DNA of 64,000 bases from Vicugna vicugna (taxonomy: Eukaryota). The position numbers and the translations under genes were made by a program. The stretch spans positions 5,471,779 through 5,535,778 of the forward strand of contig MU058198.1 in NCBI GenBank assembly GCA_013265495.1. The letters run 5' to 3'. The notes beneath the pieces are model-generated. The model was not told the origin of the DNA. It did not search any database and saw only the letters and a program-made list of their open reading frames with translations. This document shows positions 24,740 to 36,078 of this stretch, piece by piece (the first letter of the stretch is position 1; every line of letters begins with the position of its first letter).

Positions 24740-25180
24740 AGCAACTATTTATTGACTCCCAAGCATTGAGAATATAGTGTTGGATAAGCATGACAAAGTT
24801 CCCGCCTTCCCCAAGCTTCAGTTCTAGTGGTGAAGTCAAATTAAGAGAAAATGGGGGAGAAAAAGAGATGGGTGGTTCAATGGGTGGATGGATAGATAGA
24901 TAGACAGATAGATAGATATGATAGATAAGATAGATGGAGGATAGATACAGAAAGATAGGTAAGACTGGTCAATTGATCAATAGAGAGAGAAAATATCAAC
25001 TCTTACAAAGTGCTATGAAAAAAATAAACCAGGATAAGGAGACTAGGGGGTAGCCCAGGTACTACATTACAACAAGCGGTCAGGGATGGCTTCTTGAAGA
25101 TGATTTTTGAGCATAAATCTGAAAGAATCAAGAGTATATCTCATGAATATCTGCAATAAAAGCATTCCAAGCAGAAGGGG
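24740..25180 (-). mobile_element. L2 3' end containing a (GATA)n tract
   Basis: 'atttattgactccc...ttcagttctagtgg...agcattccaagcaga'; (GATA)n at about 24886-24948. Confidence 0.65.
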
Positions 25181-25998
25181 GAGGGTGGGGCTGAGGGGGA
25201 AGGGAGCTGAGCTCTGTGACACCCACCTGCCCCTTCAGAAAACAGGGCGTGGTAACTCCAATGCTGAGAACTCATCTGTAGAAGAACGTTTAAGAACTCC
25301 TGTCTTGCAAGATTTTCATGAGGATTAAATGAAATAATGACTGCTTATGTGTGCGTAACACATAAGAGGTGCTCAAAGGGCATTGCTCAATGAGGGGAAA
25401 TGGGTTTGATTTGGGGTTTTCCAGACTCCTTAATCAACAAATAGCTGCTGGGCATCCATTAAGTGGAGGCTCCCTGCTCAGCCTTCTGCATCATTATCTC
25501 ATGTAGCCAACCTGATTACTCTAAGAGATAAGCCCTACTATTGTGAAGTCCATTTGGCAGATGGGGAAACTGAGGCGGGAAAAAGTTAAGTCATCAGACC
25601 TCAGCAGTCTAATGCCAGAGCCCCTGGGCTTAACCACTAGGCAGTCCTGTCCCTCTTCTCCAGTCGCTTGGCCCTGAGCTTTTGGCATGGAACCATTGGT
25701 CCCAAAGGACAACCTCTTCAAGAGGCATAAGCAGAGGGTTGGAAGGTCAGGGGTCCCTCCCTTCCCCAGGAGGTTACCTCTCTCCTGATGTCATAGCAAG
25801 GGATTGCCCTTTCTCTCTGCTGCCCCCAAATGATCTCTTTTCAACATATTATGATTTTCAAGCATTAAGACCCTTCACATGCGAGATGCAAAGTGGAGAA
25901 GCCCAGAAAGATGTTTCTGCATCTGGCAGAGATTCTGCCACCTCATTTATCCCTGTAGGTGCCCACACCTCCCTTCCTCGGGGCCCTGGAGCTTTCAG

Positions 25999-26026
25999 AC
26001 ACACACACACACACACACACACACAC
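25999..26026 (+). repeat. (AC)n microsatellite
   Basis: Direct reading. Confidence 0.95.
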
Positions 26027-26179
26027 TTCCCAACTAGAAGTGGAATAGGTACCCCTCCTCTATGCTCTCACATCCCCATATCCCTTCTTAGCCTCTGTCA
26101 CTTTGTACTGTATATATTTTTTTATTGGCCTCGCTCACAGCCTGAAGTCACTGATGTTTATTAAATGCTTCAGGTCAGG

Positions 26180-26410
26180 CAGTACTGAACTGTTCCAGAC
26201 TCAGCTCTACCATGATTAGCTGTGTAACCTGGAGCAAGTAATTTAGCTCTCTTCAGGTCTCATGTTTTTCTAACCTGCAAAGGAGGAATAAAAGTAGATA
26301 CGTTGTTGAGTTATTGCAAGTATTAAGGGTTAATGTGCTTACGAAGCACTAAGCATAGTGTTTGGTACATAATAAGCACTAAGTAACAACTACTTCCATC
26401 ATGATTACTA
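26180..26410 (+). mobile_element. MIR SINE
   Basis: 'ttagctgtgtaacctggagcaagt...tggtacataataagcact'. Confidence 0.75.
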
Positions 26411-26849
26411 TTTCCAAGTGCTCGGAGAGTCTGTCTAGCTTATCCACTCCTGTATGTCTAACTCCTGGCATAGTGCTTCGTCCTACAGTAATTATTATTT
26501 ATTGAGTTGCTGAATGAGTAAATGAAATGCAAAAAATGAAAGGCTGAAGAAGACAAGGAGAGGTAGCTCCGGGCTGTACTCTGAGCAGGGTGGTTTCCAC
26601 ACATCAATTCCTATCATTCTCACAGCAGCCCCATCAGCTAGATCTCACTGATTTCTATTTCACAAAAGAGAGGTGAAGTGACTTGCTCAAATCACTCAGC
26701 TAAATAACCGAGCTTGTTTTTAAATAACCGCAGGAAGTCGCTCAAAGTTCTTGGTAGCAAGTCCATCCCTGGCAACACTATGACTGGGTCATAGAACAAC
26801 AGACTTAGAGGTCAGGTCAGCCGGTCTAGACGATGGAAACTGGGGGCCC

Positions 26850-27175
26850 AGGGGTTGAAATATGGCCAGTGGATAAGATCACTTGGTGTTTTTTCAGTGT
26901 TTCAAAAAATCTTATGATGACATCTAAAAATCTGAAGATATCTCATAAACTCTAGATGACTAGATTCTCTTGAGAAACCAGGAGATCTCTGAACTCTGGG
27001 TCTGCATTCCTGCACAAAAACAGTGAGCTGGAGGTGAGACAGGACTGATCACATCATCTTGTGTGCTGCAGGCCCCTTCTCCGGCCAAGTCACACAACAT
27101 ACAGCCCCTACCGCCAGCCGGAGTCATTGCTCTGTGTTATTCCTTTGACCCTGTTGGCATCTGAGTTGGCCACCG
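26850..27175. mobile_element. MER102-like relic
   Basis: 'tctcttgagaaaccaggagatct...ctgggtctgcattcc'. Confidence 0.5.
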
Positions 27176-28989
27176 TGATCTAATTCAACACTTTTCAATC
27201 TGGAACCCTGAAGCCCTGAGAGGAGGTTTGCCTCAGGTCACACACTTAAGGGTAGACTTTGAAATTTTAATTCTCTTTCTCCAATGTTCTTTCCATGACT
27301 GCATCATGAGCTGAGGCAGGAAGGGCTCCCAGTTCCCACAAATTATTATGATCGCTACAGAATCTATTTCCAAGAGGCCTAGTTAGTATCTCCTCTTAAG
27401 GGTACGGGGAAAAAGGATAAGAATCATGGCAACCACAGGAGGTAGCAGCTGAGAAGTAAGACCCTCAAAATCAGTATATGCTCATCACCACCTCCAACTG
27501 GCTCCCAATCATTCCGACTGCCGGTAGGATGCCTGGCTTGTAGTTGGGGCATCGCTGACCCTCTTGCTGGTATAGAGTTAGGCATTGTTAGCCAACAGCA
27601 GTTTAATTTCTCTCTAAAAGCCTCAAAGCACAGCTGCTTCTGCGAGATGCCCGACCACTGGGACCATCCGGCCTCTGTGATGACAGAGGATCAAGAGGCC
27701 AAGGACTCTACCTTCACAGACTCCATCCCACTGCTGACACATTATGTTTGTGGAGTCTGCAATAGCCAGCACCTTGGTGTTCAGTGGCACTCAGAGTTCT
27801 AGAATCACAATTTTGGAAACTCGGGATCCTAGCTGCCTGGAACGACAAGGCACTTTAGAGTCTGGTCTGTTCTCCCTTCTAGTCTGTTCTCCCAACTACT
27901 GCTGCCCTCCTGAGTCAGCAAATTCCAAATTATGATTGAGCTTCATGGACAAGGTTAGCCAACCCCATAAAGTAAGGGAGAGACGGTGAATGAGAAGGGA
28001 GCTCTCTGAGTTGCGTTACAAAGCCCTGGTTTCTTGTGTGGTCTCCAACGTGGCCCTACGCAATGCAATCACCACCAGCGTTGCACCTGAAGTATCAGCT
28101 GGCAGGAAGGTTCATGTGTCGGCAGTCCCTGTGAGGGGGGTGTGTGCGTGCGTGTGTGTGACAGTTCCAAAGCACAGTGTGATTTCTCAGGCACAATCGA
28201 TCCTTATACTGCTGCATAAACACCCTCATATTCAATAACGCTCCCATCTGTGAAAGGCCAATGTGACGGAAAGTGATTTGTTTATGCTACTGAGAGTAAG
28301 TAGAAAACATTACATGTTGTTATCGTAGAGAAAAGGAGACAACAAATAGGATCTGTGAATTGAAAGTCGGTGATTACATTGGCGATGCCCATAGTACAGT
28401 AAGTACAAACTCGGTTACCTCCAGAGACTCATTTGCCTGGTGTGGAGTTTGTACTTCCACTGACATTGTGAGTGGAGTTATTTGTGCTTCCAGGGCTATT
28501 TGCTCAGGAGGCATCTGGGTCTATGGATGAGGTCCAAGCGCTCCAGCCTGGTCCAGCCCCTGCTTTTTGTCTAGCGTCCAGAACCTCCCGGTTACTGACA
28601 CTACGTTCACACCTGCCTCCTCACAGATCCCCAGATCCTCCTTTCTCACGCAACATCTCTGCTGTTTCCTCTGCCTGGAATGACCCCACTTAACCACCCC
28701 TGTTGAAAGTGGACTATACTTGAGTGCAGTTCAAATTGACCCATAACCCCGTCCCCAAACCACCAGGCAGAGTTGACCACTTCTCCTCCTTCTTTCTGGA
28801 AGCATTTGGACATCTCCTTCATAGTACTTACTCCATCTTATTGGAATCGTCTGTTTATGTGTGGGTCACCTGCTCTCAGCTGTAAGCATCTCCAGGCTAG
28901 GAATAGCTTTTGCATTTTTATATCCCCAGCATCAAAGATACAGAAGAAAAAAGGTGAGGGAGTGGGGCTATTGGCATAAGAACAGTTTC

Positions 28990-29470
28990 GAGCATATCAG
29001 TGTGGAATGTGTTCAGCTCCAACTAAACGAAAACCTAACATCATGTGACTTAAACAGGTAAGGGTTTCAGTTGCCTTAATACATAAGAAACCCAGTGAGC
29101 ACTTGAAGGCTGGTGCAGCCACTCAAGGACGTCGTCGAGGACCCAGTTCTTCTGGCTCCTGCCATCCTGGGCACGGGGCTCTCATGCTCACAAGCTGGCT
29201 GCCGTCCACAGTCTGTGATGCACAGTCACAAAGAGGAAAGGATGCATGATCAAGTCTGTTTCTTTCCCTCAAGAAAGCAAATGCTTTTTCAGAAGCCCAG
29301 CTCAGTACAACTCTCTTAAGTACCACTGACCAGCATTATCCATATGGCCATCCCTGAGTAAAGAGTGACCAGAAAGATCAAGATGTTTGCTTGCCAGCCT
29401 CTTTGGCTCAGAAGGGCACATGAGAAGGGGTTTGGAATGGGAATAAGAGTGAGCCCACCTACAGCATGTG
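28990..29470 (-). mobile_element. Old MaLR LTR (MLT1-like)
   Basis: 'gttcagctcc...gtgacttaaacaggtaaggg' start and MLT1-like interior. Confidence 0.5.
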
Positions 29471-29680
29471 CTGCACGAACTATCTCTAAGTTTGGGAGAC
29501 ACGAGTCCCTCCATACTTGGTATTTTCCCCTCAAAACTGAACTTGTGGTCAAGTCAAAATCCTTGGACACGGGGTTGGGTAAGTTGCTACAATGTGCCAA
29601 CCTCCATGCTAAGCACTTGGGATGCAGCAATAAGTAAAACAGAGAAGGTCCCTGTCTTCATGAACCTTATGGTTCCAGTG

Positions 29681-29884
29681 CAAGGGATCAGCAGACTAGA
29701 GCCTGTGTCATCATCTGTTTTTATAAATAAAGTCTTATTGGGAAACAGCCACACACATTTATTTACATATTGTCTATGGCTGCTTTTCTACAGCAGCCGA
29801 GGTGAGTAATTGTGATGACACCGTGTGGTCCACAAACTCAAATACATTTATCTGGCCCTTGATAGAAAAAGTGTCCTTACTCTG
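29681..29884 (+). mobile_element. MER58A-like MITE inserted in an L2
   Basis: 'tttttataaataaagtcttattgggaaacagccacacacatttatttacatattgtctatggctgcttt'; degenerate 8-bp TSD ttccagtg/gtctagtg. Confidence 0.85.
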
Positions 29885-30121
29885 GTCTAGTGGAGGATAC
29901 AAACAATAAATAAACACATGAATGACCCAAATCATTCCTGAGTGTGATAATTCTATAAAGGAGACATAAAATGATGTAACGGAGAGTAATGAGTGGAGGG
30001 GCTGGCTGTCTTAGGATGTTCAGGAGAATGAATCTCAGAAAGCGATATTTTGTCTACAACAGCTAGTATAAAAAGATGGATACCCTAGGAGAAAGGTGTT
30101 CTGTGCAAAAAGAATAGCAAA

Positions 30122-30975
30122 GAAAAGACCAAAGACAACAAGTGTTGGCAAGGATGTAGCGAAAAGGGAACCCTCCTACCCTGCTGGTGGGAATGTAAAT
30201 TGGTGCAGCTAGTGTGGAAAACAGTATGGAGTTCCTCAAAAAATTAAAAATAAAATTACAATATGATCCAGCAATCCCACTTCTGGGTATATAGCCAAAA
30301 TAAATAAAATCAGTATCTCAAAGAGATCTCTGCACCCCCAAGTTCACTGTAGCATTATTTACAATAGCCAAGATATGGAAATGACCTAAGTGCCTATCAA
30401 AGGATGAGTGGATAAACAACTATATATATATATATAATTTATTATATATATGAATATTATATATATATATATATATTTTACTCTTAAAAAATAAGGAAAT
30501 CCTGCATTTTCAACAACATGAATAAACCTGGAGGACATTATGCTAAGTGAAATAAGGCAGACACAGAAAGTCAATACCACATGATCGCACTTATACATGG
30601 AGTCTAAAAAAGTTGAGCTCACAGAAGCAAAGATCACCAGAGGCTGGAGGTTGGGGGAAATAAGGAGATGTTGATCGAAGAGTGAAAACTTTCAGTTATC
30701 AGATAAGTACGTTCTAGGGATTGAATGTACAACATGGCGATTTTAGTTGATAATAATGTATTGTGTACTTGACGTTTGCTGAGAAAGAAGATCTTAAATG
30801 CTCTTACCACACACGCACAGAAATGGTAACTATGAGAGGTGGTGGGTGTGCTAATTAGCTTGATTGTGGTAATTGTTTCAAAATGTACATGTGTATCAAA
30901 TCATCACATGATACACCTAAAATATATACAGTTGTTATTTGTCAATTACATGTCCTTAAGCTGGAAAAAATAAAG
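30122..30975 (+). mobile_element. LINE-1 (L1MA/MB-like) ORF2 end and 3'UTR
   Basis: 'aagtgttggcaaggatg...ggtgggaatgtaaattggtgcagc...gatccagcaatcccacttctgggtatat'; ends 'gctggaaaaaa'; internal (TA)n at 30421-30476. Confidence 0.92.
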
Positions 30976-31234
30976 AAAATATGTTAAATTTTTAAACATT
31001 CAACCCGACAGGACCCTGTCACGTGTTGTCTGAGGACCTGTGTGGAGCTGGAGTAGCTGGCTACATCGAGGGCGTGAGACGGGGTCTGAGATGCAGGTAG
31101 GTTCTCAGTCAGGCAGGGCTTTGTAGGAAGGGGACTGGGGTTTATCCTTACTGCACTGAGAAATCCCTGACGTCGAGAATTGAACTGACCACGCTAGCTT
31201 CAGTGCACAGGTGCAAAACTGCACATCATGCAAT

Positions 31235-31660
31235 TAAGGACTGGCAGGAACCGGTTATCTGCCAAAACTATTACCTCTTTTGTTGGAATGGGGGTGACAC
31301 AGGTTAGAAAATGCAGTATGACAGTTATTTCCAGATGCCAACTGTTAGGTGTGGCCAGGTGGCTGAGTTTTAATCAATGAAATGTCAACATAAATAATGT
31401 CCCCCCAGCCAGGCCTGACTCATAAAACCCTCCCATGCCTTGTCCTCTAAGCAGATGTGAACCTCGGAAGCCACATTTCCAAACAGGGTGAGGCCACAGC
31501 TCATGAAAGATCAGAACCCTGAACAGCCACTTGGAGGAGAGTTGCCCGATCAGGAATACCCATTTTTGGACTTTACATGAGAGAGAAATAAATGTTGACT
31601 ATAGTTCAGCACCAGTATACCTGTTTGGGTTAGTTTACTACAACATTACCTTGACTATAG
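31235..31660 (+). mobile_element. MaLR solo LTR (MLT1H/J-like)
   Basis: 'gttaggtgtggccaggtggctgagttt...caccacttggaggagag'-type motifs. Confidence 0.6.
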
Positions 31661-33769
31661 TCACTGATGGCTTAGACCAGGATGACGGTTGCAGAAACCT
31701 GGTTGCCCACCAGCTATGCTGGGTGAGAAGCAACATCTCTTATTCTTTACACCCTTACTCCGGAGCTAACTATGGTTCCGCACTTCATGGGCTCTTTCTG
31801 GGCTCAGCTAGTCCTCCTGGACACCTTGCTCATCCCCAGGGCTTCTGATTTTGTGTTCCCCAGAACTGCCCTGCTCCCCAGAGACTAGCTGCTTGATTCC
31901 AGTTGCCTGCGTAGCTCTAATTCGTGCATAATAATGTTCTGCATGCACCCCATGTTTTATTTCTTGGGTTTTCAGTCCTTTCATAAAAAATGCATACTGG
32001 ATGAAAGGTTTTACATACCAAACAGGCCAGAGATTTAGGGCGGCTAGCTTAGTGGTTCAAAAAATGTTCTTTTTCTATTTTTTTAAAATTTTTATTACAA
32101 TTGCTCTGAAAGAAATCCCTATCGCTTGATATTAACAAATGTAGCCACCGAAGCAGATGCACATATCGAAAAACACCAGGAGAATTAATTACCTACAGTT
32201 AGATCTCTTTCATCCTTTTTTTTCCAAGGCAGTGCTGCAAAGACGAGAGATGCTCTGCAGTCAGTGGCTGAGCCTCTCGCCTTCTATTTTTACACCCGGG
32301 CCCACCAGGCAATGGAGATGACAACAAAGCTTCATGGGGGAGACCCCGGGGTATACCCTTCTGGCCAGATATATATGTCCTGGAGTGACAGTCATCCCCT
32401 AATTTAACTAGAATCTAAATCTGAATGAACTCCAAGAGGTGTGAGCTCTAATTGTAAATATAATAGCGCCTCACATGTGGGTCCAGTGTGACTGCTTCAG
32501 CTCCAGCCATCACTTCTACATTCCAATGATCAGGGAGGAGGCAAATAAGAGCATACCTCCTCCGCCTCGTGTTTCTGAGAAATAATGTTTCTTTAGTAAT
32601 TATAATTCTTTGACTTAATTGCTATTGGCCAAAACTTAGGTACAAGACCACACATCGTTGGAGAGGAGGCTGGTATTTGTCTTTATTCTAGGAAGCCACA
32701 TATGCAGGAAAGAAACGGACGCTCTATTAGTAAGCGTTGTAACAATGGCTGTGGGAGACGACCTACAGTGTCAACTATATCCCTGCACCTATCAACGCAT
32801 GGAACAAATTACTTTCCCACAGCAACTGAATGTGAATTCAGCACAGTGTAAGGGAAGATGTGAACTGCAGTGGTTACAGATCAAAAAGATGCCATGAACA
32901 GAGGATCTGCACAGGGAAAGCCATGCAGGGCAAGGTCTCGACAAGATGGCCAGGTAGATAGGATTTGGGTAAAATCTCTCAGGTAGACATAGGTAAGAGC
33001 TGGTATAAGCTACTGGTCAGAAAAAAAAGTATCAGTCCCTTCCAGGCTTACCTCTACCTCTAGGCAAGAGCACTCTCACCTCCAGCCACACTATGTTATT
33101 TGTTGATCCCAGAATTCCCACCACAGAGAAGACCATGATCCCAAATGTCTCAAACTCATCTTGTTCTAAATTAATAGGTCCAAAGTTTGGAATTTTAGTT
33201 CCAAAACATCACTGTGATTGAAAATATATATATTAGCACTTAAAAGATGTAATTGCACATTTTCCAAGTCAACATTGTTAAAGTAAGCAATTCTCACCAA
33301 AACTTATAAACAAACAAGAACTGTCAAAACTTTGGTCTAATCAGGGTGACCACCATGGTGATAGTTCACTGTGATAACTCATTCCCAGGCTGTGTCATGG
33401 AGATTGGCTTTACTCCCAGAGTTTAGGGGTTAAGAAGAGGTGAAATTCATGTTCCATTGACTTGCATTTGTGTTACACAGTCTTAAGCATGTGACTTAAT
33501 ATCTGTGAGACTCAATTTCCACGTTTATAAAATAGGGATAATGATAGTACCACCCCCAAATTAAATAAGATGTACAAAAAAGCTCTTAATGCTGTGTTTT
33601 CTTAAACAATAGCTTCAAGTTTTGTGAATGACCTTGAGTAAGTTTAATTTTTTTTATTTCTGCAGACAGGGGAGACAAAGTTTTTAAGAAGGGAGGAAAG
33701 AGTGAGTATGACATGCTCAAACCTGTGATTCAGTAAAATCTCTCATGTGATTTGAGTGCATCATATAAG

Positions 33770-33829
33770 TAGATGGGTGGATAGATGAATGGATGGATGG
33801 GTGGATGGGTGGATGGGTGGATGGATGGA
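33770..33829 (+). repeat. (GGAT/GGGT)n microsatellite
   Basis: Direct reading. Confidence 0.9.
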
Positions 33830-34583
33830 CTGATCAACTAATCATTGAAAAGATACAGAGGAAAGATGGAAAAGAAAGAAGCTTAAGGTAAGGAGGCCAA
33901 CACTAAGACCATTATAGTAGTTGTGGCAGTAGGAATCAGATGTGAGTGATATTTAGAGTCACTTACTCTTGAACTTGTTAACCATTTTACTAAAGGAAAT
34001 CAAAGAAATGATTCCTGTTTTTCTGGCTTAGGTGGTGGGGATTGGTGGAGCCGTTCACTGAGAAAGGAAATTGGGTTACAGAGACTTCTCTCTCCACACC
34101 CTCAGTCCGCACCAACTGTCCCCTTGAGCACAATGCTATGACTTGTACTTCAGAGGAGGAATCTACCCAACTTCCTTACCCTTATCTCCCTAGGATTCTC
34201 CTTGGCACCCATCCCAGTGCTAGGTATCAAGGAAGTTCTAGAGAATTCTTAATGAATCATACCTCAAAAGTAGGTCTGTGTGGCCAACATATCACAACTA
34301 GAAACATGGAACTCTCTTGACTGAGTCAGGACAGAGTCCTGTCCACAGGCTGCCAAAGGCAGCAGTGATCAACACATGCCCTGCCAGGCTACAACCGGGA
34401 CCACGTGGCCCAGGCTTCTTCTTAACAATCCAGTTCTCACTCTGAACAGAGATGCCAGGTCCTCTAGGCCTTGAGCATCAATCTTATGCCAGTCCCTTTA
34501 GGGAAAGGCAATCCAGTTCAGTGGTTCTGAGACAAAATTAAATACACAGACCACTGTGAAAATGTTTTCATTAGTCCTTGATT

Positions 34584-34973
34584 TTAAAAAGATCAAGACA
34601 ATGAAGATAATTTTTACAAAATTAGATTTATTAAAAACTTAAAGGAACGACCTTTACTCTGAGATGATGTCCCTCCTCTATATTTTTAATATGAAGATGT
34701 CCTCTCTATATGAACTGATGATAATAAATGGTGCTTCTTGTATCTTTTTAATGACTTACTCACCAAAGTTAAAAATTGTTAAAAAGATCAAGACAATGAA
34801 GATAATTTTTACAAAATTAGATTTATTAAAAACTTAAAGGAACGACCTTTACTCTGAGATGATGTCCCTCCCCTATATTTTTAATATGAAGATGTCCTTT
34901 CTATATGAACTGATGATAATAAATGGTACTTCTTGTATCTTTTTAATGACTTACTCACCAAAGTTAAAAATTG
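34584..34973 (+). repeat. Head-to-tail tandem duplication, 2 x 195 bp
   Basis: 34584-34778 versus 34779-34973, three substitutions. Confidence 0.97.
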
Positions 34974-35019
34974 GTAACCTAATGTATGTAGTTTTTTTTT
35001 TTGTTTAAGGTTAATGGCA

Positions 35020-35200
35020 GTGGATATTGGTTGCTAACCAGACACTGTCCCAAGCACTAAACACGTGATAACTTTTTTAATCTTCAGAACAGCCTTATGA
35101 AATGAACAGTATTATCATTTCTCCCTTCAGATGAGCAAACTGATACCCAGAGATGGTAAGCGATTTGGCCAAGGTCACGGAAATCTGGGTTTCAGACCTG
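35020..35200 (-). mobile_element. MIR SINE
   Basis: 'cagatgagcaaactgatacccagagatggtaagcgatttggccaaggtcac'. Confidence 0.8.
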
Positions 35201-36038
35201 AATTTATGTTCCAAGACTGAGCAAGCCTGTTACAGTTTATACATTCATTCCCTCCTGTATTCTTTCAAACCGACAATGTGCCTGGCACTGTGCTAAGCAC
35301 TGAAGACTGCACAGCAGAGAAGACAAGCTTTCAGCCTTCCTGCCACTTACCATTTACCAGGAAAGACACAAACACTCACTTTGATTTAGAATATGGACCA
35401 AAGACAATATGGGGCCTGGTGATATGGGGTGGGTCATCTAGTGCGAGGATCAGTGGGTTAAAACTTCTTCCTTTCAGGGGCTCACTTAAAAAAAAACACT
35501 CATTTTTCTCCCCATTTGGAAGATCTCTTTTTTCCCTTATTGGAATCAGCTTTCCATAAATGTGGAATTTATGAAGGAGAAGGGCTCAAATAAAAAAAAA
35601 ATAGGTCAGACCAGGAAGAGACCATGTCAGGCTGCGAAGGCTTCCTCTAACCTAGGACAAAGGAGTCCTTGGAGAACACACAAGAAGAAGGTGGAGGGGA
35701 GCACAGTTTTCCCCTCACCTACTACTTCACACCAACTGGAGAGCCTACAAATTGGACTGAGTCCCATCCCAGGACACTGAATGGACCGCATACTAGGGAG
35801 CTGGGTCAGAAACAGAGTTCCCAAACCTCCCAAATTTCACTTTGTATCCAAATCTCCTGAGCATTAAAAAATACAGATTCTAACTCAGTAGTTCTAAACT
35901 GTCTCTCTGGCATTGCATTTGTATTTTTAACACTCTCCTAAGGCAATTCTCATGCACAGCAAAGCTGGAAAACTAGTGATGTATATCCACACAACTATCT
36001 CTTCTCTTGCTTCATGCCTCCATGCTGTGGGCGCGCTC

Positions 36039-36078
36039 TTTCTCTCTGTCTCTCTCTCTCTCTCTCTGTCTCTCTCTC
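36039..36078 (+). repeat. (TC)n microsatellite
   Basis: Direct reading. Confidence 0.9.

Noticed and set aside
33179..33338. Possible MITE with ~13-bp imperfect terminal inverted repeats
   Set aside because: Arms are short and imperfect with no TSD; not distinguishable from chance.
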